Below are positions 10,708 to 21,833 of a stretch of 64,000 bases of DNA, piece after piece; the stretch's first letter is position 1; every line of letters begins with the position of its first letter. The stretch lies in NCBI RefSeq assembly GCF_003334815.1, contig NZ_QOWO01000007.1; one strand, 5' to 3'. The notes beneath the pieces were generated by a model. The model did not search any database. It saw nothing but the letters and a program-made list of their open reading frames with translations, and was not told the origin of the DNA. The translations under genes and the position numbers were made by a program. The stretch is from Escherichia coli (GTDB lineage Bacteria > Pseudomonadota > Gammaproteobacteria > Enterobacterales > Enterobacteriaceae).

Positions 10708-11066
10708 TGGCGGGCATTAATCTCAATAAAAAATTATGGCGTATTCCACAGCAGGGCATGGTCCGCGGCGTCTGCGCCGGGATTGCCAACTATTTTGATG
10801 TACCGGTAAAACTGGTGCGTATCCTGGTGGTGCTGTCGATTTTCTTCGGTCTGGCGCTGTTTACCCTGGTTGCTTACATCATTTTGTCATTTGCGCTTGA
10901 TCCAATGCCGGACAACATGGCCTTTGGTGAGCAGCTACCTTCCAGCAGCGAATTGCTGGATGAAGTCGACCGTGAACTGGCGGCAAGTGAAACGCGTTTA
11001 CGCGAGATGGAACGTTATGTCACTTCCGATACTTTCACGTTACGTAGCCGTTTCCGTCAACTGTGA
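10707..11066 (+). CDS. pspC: Phage shock protein C, 119 aa
   Basis: ORF 10707..11066; start overlaps the pspB stop. Confidence 0.93.
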
Positions 11067-11074
11067 GGAAAGTT

Positions 11075-11296
11075 ATGAATACTCGCTGGCAACAGGCCGG
11101 GCAAAAGGTAAAGCCTGGTTTCAAATTAGCAGGCAAGCTGGTACTTCTTACCGCACTGCGCTATGGCCCGGCGGGTGTGGCGGGCTGGGCGATAAAATCA
11201 GTTGCTCGCCGACCGCTGAAAATGTTGCTGGCTGTGGCGCTGGAACCGCTGTTAAGTCGGGCTGCTAATAAACTGGCACAGCGTTATAAAAGGTGA
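11075..11296 (+). CDS. pspD: Phage shock protein D, 73 aa
   Basis: ORF 11063..11296 (GTG-extended) trimmed to ATG 11075 ([10 protein letters not shown]...) with GAGGA Shine-Dalgarno. Confidence 0.88.
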
Positions 11297-11370
11297 GGGG
11301 AGTTTCGCAAAAATTGTTAAATCTCAGGCGTATAATGGATGGCAATTTTCATCCATAGAAGGACGCTTAC

Positions 11371-11685
11371 ATGTTTAAAAAAGGCTTACTTGCTCTGGCA
11401 CTGGTGTTTTCACTGCCCGTTTTCGCCGCTGAACACTGGATCGATGTTCGTGTTCCAGAGCAGTATCAGCAAGAGCACGTTCAGGGGGCCATCAATATTC
11501 CCCTGAAGGAAGTGAAAGAGCGCATTGCCACCGCCGTTCCGGATAAAAACGACACCGTGAAAGTGTATTGCAATGCCGGACGCCAGTCAGGGCAAGCAAA
11601 AGAGATCCTTAGCGAGATGGGATATACCCACGTTGAGAACGCCGGTGGCCTGAAAGACATCGCAATGCCGAAGGTCAAAGGTTAA
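11371..11685 (+). CDS. pspE: Thiosulfate sulfurtransferase (rhodanese) PspE, 104 aa with signal peptide
   Basis: ORF 11371..11685; rhodanese active-site Cys in YCNAGRQS. Confidence 0.93.
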   Translation: MFKKGLLALALVFSLPVFAAEHWIDVRVPEQYQQEHVQGAINIPLKEVKERIATAVPDKNDTVKVYCNAGRQSGQAKEILSEMGYTHVENAGGLKDIAMPKVKG

Positions 11686-11700
11686 AAGAATTCACCATGA

Positions 11701-11726
11701 GCGGCGCTTATGCGCCGTTTTTTTTT
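11701..11726 (+). terminator. Rho-independent terminator after pspE
   Basis: CGGCGC-ttat-GCGCCG stem-loop followed by a 9-T run. Confidence 0.7.
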
Positions 11727-11897
11727 CTGTCACACCTTATTTACATCCCCATAGATTATTTGCGTCAGCTCACAAATACGCTTTTTCCCTGGTAAAAAAT
11801 GATTTCCTGCGTGACTAAAACCCTTGTGCTCAATTGACAGTTTATTTTCTGCGGAGTAGTCTCTCGTTTCATGGGACCGCTACCACGGAAAGGCAAC

Positions 11898-13577
11898 ATG
11901 AAACAGAAAATTACGGATTACCTGGACGAAATCTACGGTGGAACATTTACCGCAACTCATTTACAGAAACTTGTAACGCGTCTTGAGAGTGCGAAACGAT
12001 TAATTACACAGCGACGTAAAAAACACTGGGATGAAAGTGATGTCGTGTTAATTACCTATGCCGATCAATTTCACAGCAATGATTTAAAACCATTACCCAC
12101 ATTTAATCAGTTTTACCATCAATGGCTGCAAAGCATTTTTTCACATGTTCATTTGTTGCCGTTTTATCCATGGTCATCTGATGATGGCTTTTCGGTAATT
12201 GATTATCATCAGGTCGCCAGTGAAGCGGGGGAGTGGCAGGATATTCAGCAACTCGGTGAATGCAGTCATTTAATGTTTGATTTTGTCTGCAACCATATGT
12301 CGGCAAAAAGTGAATGGTTTAAAAACTATTTACAACAGCATCCAGGTTTTGAAGATTTTTTTATTGCCGTTGACCCGCAAACCGATCTCAGCGCCGTCAC
12401 TCGCCCGCGTGCGTTACCGTTATTAACGCCATTCCAGATGCGCGATCATTCAACGCGCCATTTATGGACCACCTTTAGTGACGATCAAATTGACCTGAAT
12501 TACCGTAGCCCTGAAGTGTTGCTGGCGATGGTGGATGTTTTACTCTGTTACCTTGCGAAAGGTGCTGAGTATGTCCGCCTGGATGCCGTTGGCTTTATGT
12601 GGAAAGAGCCGGGAACAAGCTGCATCCATCTGGAAAAAACACATCTGATTATCAAACTGTTACGGTCGATTATTGATAACGTTGCGCCAGGTACAGTGAT
12701 CATTACCGAGACCAATGTTCCGCATAAAGACAACATTGCTTACTTTGGCGCAGGCGATGACGAAGCACATATGGTGTACCAGTTCTCGCTGCCGCCACTG
12801 GTGCTGCATGCGGTGCAAAAACAGAACGTTGAGGCGCTTTGTGCGTGGGCGCAAAACCTGACACTACCTTCCAGCAACACCACCTGGTTTAACTTCCTCG
12901 CCTCTCACGATGGCATCGGGCTAAACCCGCTACGGGGCTTGTTGCCTGAAAGCGAAATATTAGAGCTGGTCGAGGCGTTACAGCAGGAAGGTGCATTAGT
13001 AAACTGGAAAAATAATCCCGACGGTACACGCAGTCCGTATGAAATAAATGTGACCTATATGGATGCGTTAAGCCGCCGTGAGAGTAGCGATGAAGAACGT
13101 TGCGCCAGGTTTATCCTTGCCCATGCGATTTTGTTAAGTTTCCCCGGTGTGCCAGCGATATATATTCAAAGTATTCTTGGCTCGCGTAATGATTACGCAG
13201 GTGTCGAAAAAATCGGATATAACCGTGCGATTAACCGTAAAAAATATCACAGTAAAGAGATAACCCGAGAACTGAACGATGAAGCTACATTAAGGCATGC
13301 GGTATATCATGAGTTGTCGCGTTTAATTACACTTCGTCGCAGCCATAACGAGTTTCATCCGGATAATAATTTTACCATTGATACGATTAATTCATCCGTA
13401 ATGCGTATTCAAAGAAGTAACGCTGATGGTAATTGTCTGACTGGATTGTTTAATGTCAGTAAAAATATTCAGCATGTAAATATTACTAATCTGCATGGTC
13501 GGGATCTGATTAGTGAAGTTGATATATTGGGTAATGAAATAACGCTGCGCCCCTGGCAGGTTATGTGGATTAAATAA
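11898..13577 (+). CDS. ycjM: GH13 sucrose-phosphorylase-like enzyme (reported as glucosylglycerate phosphorylase), 559 aa
   Basis: ORF 11871..13577 trimmed to ATG 11898 (MKQKITDYLDEIYG...); AT-rich relative to downstream genes. Confidence 0.9.
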   Translation: MKQKITDYLDEIYGGTFTATHLQKLVTRLESAKRLITQRRKKHWDESDVVLITYADQFHSNDLKPLPTFNQFYHQWLQSIFSHVHLLPFYPWSSDDGFSVIDYHQVASEAGEWQDIQQLGECSHLMFDFVCNHMSAKSEWFKNYLQQHPGFEDFFIAVDPQTDLSAVTRPRALPLLTPFQMRDHSTRHLWTTFSDDQIDLNYRSPEVLLAMVDVLLCYLAKGAEYVRLDAVGFMWKEPGTSCIHLEKTHLIIKLLRSIIDNVAPGTVIITETNVPHKDNIAYFGAGDDEAHMVYQFSLPPLVLHAVQKQNVEALCAWAQNLTLPSSNTTWFNFLASHDGIGLNPLRGLLPESEILELVEALQQEGALVNWKNNPDGTRSPYEINVTYMDALSRRESSDEERCARFILAHAILLSFPGVPAIYIQSILGSRNDYAGVEKIGYNRAINRKKYHSKEITRELNDEATLRHAVYHELSRLITLRRSHNEFHPDNNFTIDTINSSVMRIQRSNADGNCLTGLFNVSKNIQHVNITNLHGRDLISEVDILGNEITLRPWQVMWIK

Positions 13578-13590
13578 AAAGGAACATCTC

Positions 13591-14883
13591 ATGATTAAAT
13601 CAAAAATCGTGCTGTTATCAGCACTGGTTTCATGCGCCCTGATTTCAGGCTGTAAAGAAGAAAATAAAACGAATGTATCCATCGAATTTATGCATTCTTC
13701 GGTGGAGCAGGAGCGCCAGGCCGTTATCAGTAAATTGATTGCCCGTTTTGAAAAAGAAAACCCTGGCATCACCGTTAAGCAAGTGCCCGTGGAAGAAGAT
13801 GCCTATAACACTAAAGTCATTACTCTTTCACGTAGCGGTTCGCTGCCGGAAGTGATCGAAACCAGCCATGACTACGCCAAAGTGATGGACAAAGAGCAGC
13901 TTATCGATCGCAAAGCGGTTGCCACAGTCATCAGCAACGTTGGTGAAGGCGCGTTTTACGATGGCGTACTGCGTATTGTGCGTACCGAAGATGGTAGCGC
14001 ATGGACCGGTGTTCCTGTCAGCGCCTGGATTGGCGGTATCTGGTATCGCAAAGATGTGCTGGCAAAAGCGGGGCTTGAGGAGCCGAAAAACTGGCAACAG
14101 CTGCTGGACGTTGCACAGAAACTGAATGACCCGGCGAATAAAAAATACGGCATTGCGCTGCCTACAGCAGAAAGCGTGTTGACGGAACAATCCTTCTCCC
14201 AGTTTGCGTTATCCAACCAGGCTAACGTCTTTAACGCCGAAGGCAAAATCACCCTTGATACACCAGAGATGATGCAGGCACTGACCTATTACCGCGACCT
14301 TGCTGCCAACACTATGCCGGGTTCTAACGACATCATGGAAGTGAAAGACGCCTTTATGAACGGCACCGCGCCGATGGCGATTTACTCCACCTATATCCTT
14401 CCGGCTGTGATTAAAGAAGGCGACCCGAAAAACGTCGGTTTCGTGGTGCCAACCGAGAAAAACTCTGCGGTCTACGGCATGTTGACCTCGCTGACCATTA
14501 CCGCCGGGCAAAAGACCGAAGAGACGGAAGCAGCAGAAAAATTTGTCACCTTTATGGAGCAGGCAGACAACATTGCCGACTGGGTGATGATGTCGCCAGG
14601 TGCTGCGCTGCCGGTGAATAAAGCGGTGGTGACTACCGCCACCTGGAAAGACAACGACGTTATTAAGGCGCTGGGTGAACTACCGAATCAGCTAATCGGT
14701 GAACTGCCAAATATTCAGGTTTTTGGCGCAGTAGGGGATAAAAACTTTACCCGCATGGGTGATGTGACGGGTTCTGGCGTGGTGAGTTCAATGGTGCATA
14801 ACGTCACCGTGGGTAAAGCCGATCTCTCTACTACGCTGCAAGCGAGCCAGAAAAAACTGGATGAACTGATCGAACAGCACTAA
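13591..14883 (+). CDS. ycjN: ABC transporter periplasmic sugar-binding lipoprotein, 430 aa
   Basis: ORF 13591..14883; signal peptide with lipobox LISGC. Confidence 0.92.
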   Translation: MIKSKIVLLSALVSCALISGCKEENKTNVSIEFMHSSVEQERQAVISKLIARFEKENPGITVKQVPVEEDAYNTKVITLSRSGSLPEVIETSHDYAKVMDKEQLIDRKAVATVISNVGEGAFYDGVLRIVRTEDGSAWTGVPVSAWIGGIWYRKDVLAKAGLEEPKNWQQLLDVAQKLNDPANKKYGIALPTAESVLTEQSFSQFALSNQANVFNAEGKITLDTPEMMQALTYYRDLAANTMPGSNDIMEVKDAFMNGTAPMAIYSTYILPAVIKEGDPKNVGFVVPTEKNSAVYGMLTSLTITAGQKTEETEAAEKFVTFMEQADNIADWVMMSPGAALPVNKAVVTTATWKDNDVIKALGELPNQLIGELPNIQVFGAVGDKNFTRMGDVTGSGVVSSMVHNVTVGKADLSTTLQASQKKLDELIEQH

Positions 14884-14903
14884 ACCCAGGACAGGAATCC
14901 GCA

Positions 14904-15785
14904 ATGAACAGGCTTTTTTCAGGTCGTTCCGATATGCCCTTTGCGCTGCTGCTTCTCGCGCCCAGCTTATTACTGCTGGGCGGTCTGGTGGCGTGGCCGA
15001 TGGTGTCGAATATCGAAATCAGTTTTTTACGTCTGCCGCTCAATCCCAACATCGAGTCAACGTTTGTTGGGGTGAGCAACTATGTGCGTATCCTCTCCGA
15101 TCCCGGCTTCTGGCATTCGCTGTGGATGACGGTCTGGTATACCGCGCTGGTGGTGGCGGGCAGCACCGTGCTCGGGCTGGCGGTGGCGATGTTTTTCAAC
15201 CGCGAGTTCCGCCTGCGCAAAACCGCGCGTTCGCTGGTGATCCTCTCCTACGTAACGCCGTCCATTTCGCTGGTGTTCGCCTGGAAATACATGTTCAACA
15301 ACGGCTACGGCATTGTTAACTACCTCGGCGTCGATCTTCTGCATCTCTATGAGCAGGCACCGCTGTGGTTCGATAATCCGGGCAGTAGCTTTGTGCTGGT
15401 GGTGCTGTTCGCCATCTGGCGCTACTTCCCGTATGCCTTTATCTCGTTTCTGGCGATTTTGCAGACCATCGACAAATCGCTGTACGAAGCGGCAGAGATG
15501 GATGGCGCTAATGCCTGGCAACGGTTTCGTATCGTCACGCTGCCCGCAATTATGCCGGTCCTGGCGACGGTGGTGACACTGCGCACCATCTGGATGTTCT
15601 ACATGTTCGCGGATGTTTATTTGCTGACGACCAAGGTCGATATTCTCGGTGTATATCTCTACAAAACCGCCTTTGCCTTTAATGATTTAGGAAAAGCGGC
15701 GGCGATCTCGGTGGTGCTCTTCATCATTATTTTCGCTGTCATTCTGCTGACCAGGAAACGGGTGAACCTCAATGGCAACAAATAA
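14904..15785 (+). CDS. ycjO: ABC sugar transporter permease, 293 aa
   Basis: ORF 14904..15785; multi-TM with EAA loop (YEAAEMDGANAWQRF). Confidence 0.92.
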   Translation: MNRLFSGRSDMPFALLLLAPSLLLLGGLVAWPMVSNIEISFLRLPLNPNIESTFVGVSNYVRILSDPGFWHSLWMTVWYTALVVAGSTVLGLAVAMFFNREFRLRKTARSLVILSYVTPSISLVFAWKYMFNNGYGIVNYLGVDLLHLYEQAPLWFDNPGSSFVLVVLFAIWRYFPYAFISFLAILQTIDKSLYEAAEMDGANAWQRFRIVTLPAIMPVLATVVTLRTIWMFYMFADVYLLTTKVDILGVYLYKTAFAFNDLGKAAAISVVLFIIIFAVILLTRKRVNLNGNK

Positions 15786-16614
15786 ACGCACACTCAGTCG
15801 CATCGGTTTTTACTGCGAGCTGGCGCTGTTTCTCATCATCACGCTGTTTCCATTTTTTGTGATGCTGATGACCTCGTTCAAGGGCGCGAAAGAGGCGATC
15901 TCACTGCATCCTACGCTGCTGCCGCAGCAGTGGACGCTGGAGCATTACGTCGACATTTTTAACCCGATGATTTTCCCGTTTGTCGACTACTTCCGTAACA
16001 GTCTGGTGGTGTCTGTGGTTTCATCCGTGGTGGCGGTATTCCTCGGCATTCTTGGGGCTTACGCGCTTTCCCGCCTGCGCTTTAAAGGTCGGATGACCAT
16101 CAACGCCAGCTTTTACACGGTGTATATGTTCTCTGGCATTTTGCTGGTGGTGCCGCTTTTCAAAATCATCACCGCGCTTGGCATTTACGACACTGAGATG
16201 GCGCTGATCATCACCATGGTGACGCAAACTCTGCCCACCGCCGTGTTTATGCTGAAAAGCTACTTCGACACCATCCCCGATGAGATCGAAGAAGCGGCGA
16301 TGATGGATGGCCTCAACCGTCTGCAAATTATCTTCCGCATCACCGTGCCGTTGGCGATGTCCGGGCTGATATCCGTGTTCGTCTACTGCTTTATGGTGGC
16401 GTGGAACGACTATCTGTTTGCGTCGATTTTCCTCTCCAGCGCCAGCAATTTCACCTTACCGGTGGGCCTGAACGCGCTGTTCAGTACGCCAGATTACATC
16501 TGGGGACGGATGATGGCGGCCTCACTGGTGACCGCATTGCCGGTGGTGATTATGTATGCGCTTTCGGAACGTTTTATTAAGAGTGGTTTGACCGCCGGTG
16601 GCGTGAAGGGCTAA
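15772..16614 (+). CDS. ycjP: ABC sugar transporter permease, 280 aa
   Basis: ORF 15772..16614; EAA loop (EEAAMMDGLNRLQ); overlaps the ycjO 3' end. Confidence 0.92.
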   Translation: MATNKRTLSRIGFYCELALFLIITLFPFFVMLMTSFKGAKEAISLHPTLLPQQWTLEHYVDIFNPMIFPFVDYFRNSLVVSVVSSVVAVFLGILGAYALSRLRFKGRMTINASFYTVYMFSGILLVVPLFKIITALGIYDTEMALIITMVTQTLPTAVFMLKSYFDTIPDEIEEAAMMDGLNRLQIIFRITVPLAMSGLISVFVYCFMVAWNDYLFASIFLSSASNFTLPVGLNALFSTPDYIWGRMMAASLVTALPVVIMYALSERFIKSGLTAGGVKG

Positions 16615-16644
16615 AGCGGCCAGTTTCTTTACAAGGAGTTTTAA

Positions 16645-17697
16645 ATGAAAAAGTTAGTAGCCACAGCACCGCGTGTTGCTGCGCTGGTTGAGTATGAAGA
16701 TCGGGCGATTTTAGCTAATGAAGTGAAGATCCGCGTGCGTTTCGGCGCACCGAAACACGGAACGGAAGTGGTCGACTTCCGCGCCGCCAGCCCGTTTATT
16801 GATGAAGACTTTAACGGCGAATGGCAGATGTTCACTCCGCGTCCGGCAGATGCGCCGCGCGGCATTGAGTTTGGCAAATTCCAGCTTGGCAACATGGTGG
16901 TTGGCGACATTATCGAGTGCGGCAGCGACGTTACCGACTACGCGGTGGGCGACAGCGTATGCGGCTACGGCCCGCTCTCCGAGACGGTCATCATTAACGC
17001 TGTGAATAACTACAAGCTGCGCAAAATGCCGCAAGGCAGCTCCTGGAAAAACGCCGTCTGCTACGACCCGGCGCAGTTTGCCATGAGCGGCGTGCGCGAT
17101 GCCAACGTGCGCGTAGGGGATTTTGTGGTGGTGGTAGGGCTTGGCGCAATCGGTCAAATTGCCATCCAACTGGCTAAACGCGCTGGCGCTTCTGTGGTGA
17201 TTGGCGTCGATCCTATCGCCCATCGCTGTGATATTGCCCGTCGCCACGGCGCGGATTTCTGCCTTAACCCCATCGGCACTGATGTAGGTAAAGAGATCAA
17301 AACGCTGACCGGCAAGCAGGGTGCCGATGTGATTATCGAAACCAGCGGCTACGCCGACGCGCTGCAATCGGCGCTCCGCGGTCTGGCTTATGGCGGCACC
17401 ATCTCCTATGTCGCGTTTGCCAAGCCGTTTGCCGAAGGTTTTAACCTCGGACGCGAAGCGCATTTCAATAACGCCAAAATTGTCTTCTCTCGCGCGTGCA
17501 GCGAACCGAACCCGGATTATCCGCGCTGGAGCCGCAAGCGTATTGAAGAAACCTGTTGGGAACTGCTGATGAACGGTTATCTCAATTGCGAAGATTTAAT
17601 CGACCCGGTGGTGACCTTTGCCAATAGCCCGGAAAGCTATATGCAGTATGTCGACCAGCATCCGGAACAGAGCATCAAAATGGGCGTTACGTTTTAA
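16645..17697 (+). CDS. ycjQ: Zn-dependent medium-chain dehydrogenase (reported D-guloside 3-dehydrogenase), 350 aa
   Basis: ORF 16645..17697; MDR/alcohol dehydrogenase fold. Confidence 0.92.
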   Translation: MKKLVATAPRVAALVEYEDRAILANEVKIRVRFGAPKHGTEVVDFRAASPFIDEDFNGEWQMFTPRPADAPRGIEFGKFQLGNMVVGDIIECGSDVTDYAVGDSVCGYGPLSETVIINAVNNYKLRKMPQGSSWKNAVCYDPAQFAMSGVRDANVRVGDFVVVVGLGAIGQIAIQLAKRAGASVVIGVDPIAHRCDIARRHGADFCLNPIGTDVGKEIKTLTGKQGADVIIETSGYADALQSALRGLAYGGTISYVAFAKPFAEGFNLGREAHFNNAKIVFSRACSEPNPDYPRWSRKRIEETCWELLMNGYLNCEDLIDPVVTFANSPESYMQYVDQHPEQSIKMGVTF

Positions 17698-17715
17698 TTC
17701 AAAGGAATGAAAAAA

Positions 17716-18504
17716 ATGAAAATCGGCACACAGAATCAGGCGTTCTTTCCGGAAAACATTCTGGAGAAATTTCGTTATATCAAAGAGATGGGCTTCGATG
17801 GTTTTGAGATTGACGGCAAACTGCTGGTTAACAACATCGAAGAAGTCAAAGCGGCGATCAAAGAAACCGGTTTACCGGTGACCACCGCCTGCGGTGGCTA
17901 TGACGGATGGATTGGCGACTTTATCGAAGAGCGTCGTCTTAATGGCTTAAAGCAGATCGAGCGCATTCTCGAAGCGCTGGCAGAAGTGGGCGGTAAAGGC
18001 ATCGTCGTTCCGGCTGCGTGGGGCATGTTTACCTTCCGCTTACCGCCGATGACCTCGCCGCGTAGCCTGGACGGCGACCGCAAAATGGTGAGTGATTCCC
18101 TGCGCGTACTGGAACAGGTCGCCGCGCGTACCGGAACCGTGGTGTATCTCGAACCGTTAAACCGCTATCAGGATCATATGATCAACACCCTCGCCGATGC
18201 CCGCCGTTACATCGTCGAAAACGATCTTAAACATGTACAGATTATCGGCGATTTCTATCACATGAATATCGAAGAAGATAACCTGGCGCAGGCGCTGCAT
18301 GACAACCGCGACCTGCTCGGTCATGTGCATATTGCGGATAACCATCGCTACCAGCCGGGCAGCGGCACCCTGGATTTCCACGCGCTGTTTGAACAGCTGC
18401 GCGCGGATAACTATCAGGGCTATGTAGTGTACGAAGGGCGTATCCGGGCGGAAGATCCTGCCCAGGCGTACCGTGATTCGTTGGCCTGGTTGCGTACCTG
18501 CTAA
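17716..18504 (+). CDS. ycjR: Sugar epimerase/isomerase, xylose-isomerase-like TIM barrel, 262 aa
   Basis: ORF 17707..18504 trimmed to ATG 17716 (MKIGTQNQAFF...); the ATG at 17707 abuts the GGA and has no usable spacing. Confidence 0.88.
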   Translation: MKIGTQNQAFFPENILEKFRYIKEMGFDGFEIDGKLLVNNIEEVKAAIKETGLPVTTACGGYDGWIGDFIEERRLNGLKQIERILEALAEVGGKGIVVPAAWGMFTFRLPPMTSPRSLDGDRKMVSDSLRVLEQVAARTGTVVYLEPLNRYQDHMINTLADARRYIVENDLKHVQIIGDFYHMNIEEDNLAQALHDNRDLLGHVHIADNHRYQPGSGTLDFHALFEQLRADNYQGYVVYEGRIRAEDPAQAYRDSLAWLRTC

Positions 18505-18513
18505 GAGGTCTTT

Positions 18514-19569
18514 GTGAAAAGTGCAATGACAAGCTCTCCGCTGCGGGTCGCGATAATAGGCGCAGGCCAGGTGGCGGATAAGGTTCATGCTTCGTACTAC
18601 TGCACCCGCAACGATCTGGAACTGGTGGCTGTCTGTGACAGCCGCCTTTCCCAGGCGCAGGCGCTGGCAGAAAAATACGGGAATGCATCCGTGTGGGACG
18701 ATCCGCAGGCCATGCTGCTGGCGGTGAAACCTGATGTGGTTAGCGTCTGCTCACCTAACCGTTTTCATTACGAACATACCCTGATGGCACTGGAAGCGGG
18801 CTGCCATGTGATGTGCGAAAAACCGCCCGCCATGACGCCAGAACAGGCGCGGGAAATGTGCGATACCGCGCGCAAACTGGGCAAGGTGCTGGCCTACGAC
18901 TTTCACCATCGTTTTGCGCTCGATACGCAACAGCTGCGTGAACAGGTGACCAACGGCGTTTTGGGAGAGATTTACGTTACCACCGCCCGCGCCCTGCGTC
19001 GCTGCGGCGTTCCCGGCTGGGGTGTCTTTACCAATAAAGAACTGCAGGGTGGTGGCCCGCTGATCGACATCGGCATTCATATGCTGGATGCTGCGATGTA
19101 TGTGCTGGGCTTTCCGGCGGTGAAAAGCGTGAATGCGCATAGCTTTCAAAAGATCGGCACGCAAAAGAGCTGTGGTCAATTTGGTGAGTGGGATCCGGCA
19201 ACTTACAGCGTCGAAGATTCGCTGTTTGGCACCATTGAATTTCATAACGGCGGCATTCTGTGGCTGGAAACGTCATTTGCACTCAACATCCGCGAACAGT
19301 CGATTATGAACGTCAGCTTTTGTGGTGATAAAGCTGGTGCGACGCTGTTTCCAGCACATATCTACACCGATAACAACGGTGAATTAATGACGCTGATGCA
19401 ACGGGAAATGGCAGACGACAACCGCCATTTGCGCAGCATGGAAGCCTTTATCAATCACGTACAGGGCAAGCCCGTGATGATAGCCGACGCCGAGCAGGGG
19501 TACATCATCCAGCAACTGGTGGCGGCGTTGTATCAATCCGCAGAAACAGGGACGCGTGTGGAATTATGA
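18514..19569 (+). CDS. ycjS: Gfo/Idh/MocA-family NAD-dependent sugar dehydrogenase, 351 aa (GTG start)
   Basis: ORF 18514..19569; Rossmann motif IGAGQVA. Confidence 0.9.
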   Translation: MKSAMTSSPLRVAIIGAGQVADKVHASYYCTRNDLELVAVCDSRLSQAQALAEKYGNASVWDDPQAMLLAVKPDVVSVCSPNRFHYEHTLMALEAGCHVMCEKPPAMTPEQAREMCDTARKLGKVLAYDFHHRFALDTQQLREQVTNGVLGEIYVTTARALRRCGVPGWGVFTNKELQGGGPLIDIGIHMLDAAMYVLGFPAVKSVNAHSFQKIGTQKSCGQFGEWDPATYSVEDSLFGTIEFHNGGILWLETSFALNIREQSIMNVSFCGDKAGATLFPAHIYTDNNGELMTLMQREMADDNRHLRSMEAFINHVQGKPVMIADAEQGYIIQQLVAALYQSAETGTRVEL

Positions 19570-21833
19570 CCAGGCCAGTAACGTTATCAGAACCCCATTT
19601 CAGCCAGCATACCCTGAACAAGTATGCATCGCTGATGGCGCAGGGGAACGGCTATCTTGGGCTTCGCGCCAGCCATGAAGAAGATTACACGCGCCAGACG
19701 CGAGGGATGTATCTGGCGGGGCTGTATCATCGGGCGGGAAAAGGTGAAATCAACGAACTGGTGAACCTGCCTGATGTCGTGGGGATGGAGATTGCCATAA
19801 ATGGTGAGGTTTTCTCGTTATCCCACGAAGCCTGGCAGCGTGAGCTTGACTTTGCCAGTGGCGAATTACGCCGCAATGTTGTCTGGCGTACCAGCAACGG
19901 CTCAGGTTACACCATCGCCAGCCGTCGCTTTGTTTCGGCAGACCAACTGCCGCTCATTGCGCTGGAAATCACTATTACGCCACTGGACGCCGACGCGTCA
20001 GTGCTGATTTCAACAGGCATTGACGCCACGCAAACCAATCACGGTCGCCAACATCTCGACGAAACCCAGGTGCGGGTGTTTGGTCAGCATCTGATGCAGG
20101 GGAGCTACACCACCCAGGATGGACGCAGTGATGTGGCCATCAGCTGTTGCTGTAAGGTGAGCGGTGATGTGCAGCAATGCTATACCGCCAAAGAGCGCCG
20201 TTTACTGCAACATACCAGTGCGCAGCTTCATGCAGGCGAGACAATGACGTTGCAAAAACTGGTGTGGATCGACTGGCGGGATGACAGGCAAGCTGCTTTA
20301 GACGAGTGGGGCAGCGCGTCGCTTCGCCAGCTTGAAATGTGCGCGCAGCAGAGTTACGACCAACTTCTTGCAGCATCAACAGAAAACTGGCGTCAATGGT
20401 GGCAGAAACGTCGTATCACGGTAAATGGCGGCGAAGCGCACGATCAGCAAGCGTTAGATTATGCGCTTTATCATCTGCGCATCATGACGCCTGCCCACGA
20501 CGAGCGCAGCAGCATTGCGGCAAAAGGCTTAACCGGCGAAGGCTACAAAGGCCACGTTTTCTGGGATACAGAAGTATTTTTGTTACCGTTTCATCTGTTT
20601 AGCGATCCGACGGTTGCCCGAAGTTTACTGCGTTATCGCTGGCACAACTTGCCAGGCGCGCAGGAGAAAGCGCGACGCAACGGCTGGCAGGGCGCGCTAT
20701 TTCCGTGGGAAAGCGCGCGCAGCGGCGAAGAAGAGACGCCGGAATTTGCCGCCATTAACATTCGCACCGGGCTGCGGCAAAAAGTGGCCTCGGCGCAGGC
20801 GGAACATCATCTGGTGGCCGATATCGCCTGGGCGGTTATTCAATACTGGCAGACCACGGGGGATGAAAGTTTCATTGCGCATGAAGGCATGGCGCTACTT
20901 CTGGAGACGGCAAAGTTCTGGATTAGCCGCGCGGTGAGAGTTAACGATCGTCTGGAAATTCATGATGTTATTGGGCCAGACGAATATACCGAACATGTCA
21001 ATAATAATGCATACACCAGCTATATGGCCCGCTACAACGTTCAACAGGCGCTGAATATTGCCCGCCAGTTCGGCTGTAGCGACGATGCGTTTATCCATCG
21101 CGCCGAAATGTTCCTCAAAGAGCTATGGATGCCAGAAATTCAGCCCGACGGCGTTTTGCCGCAGGATGATTCGTTTATGGCTAAGCCGGCGATTAATCTG
21201 GCGAAATACAAAGCGGCGGCGGGGAAGCAAACCATACTGCTGGATTATTCACGCGCAGAAGTGAACGAGATGCAGATCCTCAAACAAGCTGATGTGGTGA
21301 TGCTCAATTACATGCTGCCGGAGCAGTTCTCAGCGGCATCGTGTCTTGCCAATCTGCAATTTTATGAACCGCGCACTATTCACGACTCGTCATTAAGTAA
21401 AGCAATCCACGGCATTGTTGCCGCACGCTGTGGCCTGCTGACCCAAAGTTATCAGTTCTGGCGCGAGGGGACTGAAATCGATCTTGGTGCTGATCCGCAT
21501 AGTTGTGATGATGGTATCCATGCTGCCGCAACTGGCGCTATCTGGCTGGGGGCGATTCAGGGTTTTGCCGGGGTGAGCGTGCGTGACGGTGAATTGCATC
21601 TCAATCCGGCGTTACCTGAGCAGTGGCAACAGTTGTCTTTCCCTCTGTTCTGGCAGGGCTGCGAATTACAGGTCACTCTTGACGCGCAGCGTATTGCGAT
21701 TCGAACTTCTGCGCCCGTTTCACTGCGTTTGAACGGTCAGCTTATAACCGTGGCTGAAGAATCTGTTTTCTGTTTGGGTGATTTTATTTTGCCCTTCAAT
21801 GGGACCGCTACCAAACATCAGGAGGATGAATGA
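19566..21833 (+). CDS. ycjT: GH65 disaccharide phosphorylase (kojibiose phosphorylase), 755 aa
   Basis: ORF 19566..21833; start overlaps the ycjS stop. Confidence 0.92.

Noticed and set aside
16711-17463. 250-aa ORF antisense to ycjQ
   Set aside because: It lies entirely inside a well-supported gene on the opposite strand; long antisense frames are expected in GC-rich coding DNA. The same reasoning applies to antisense ORFs inside puuA, puuC, puuE, pspF, fnr, abgA, abgB, abgT and ydbK.
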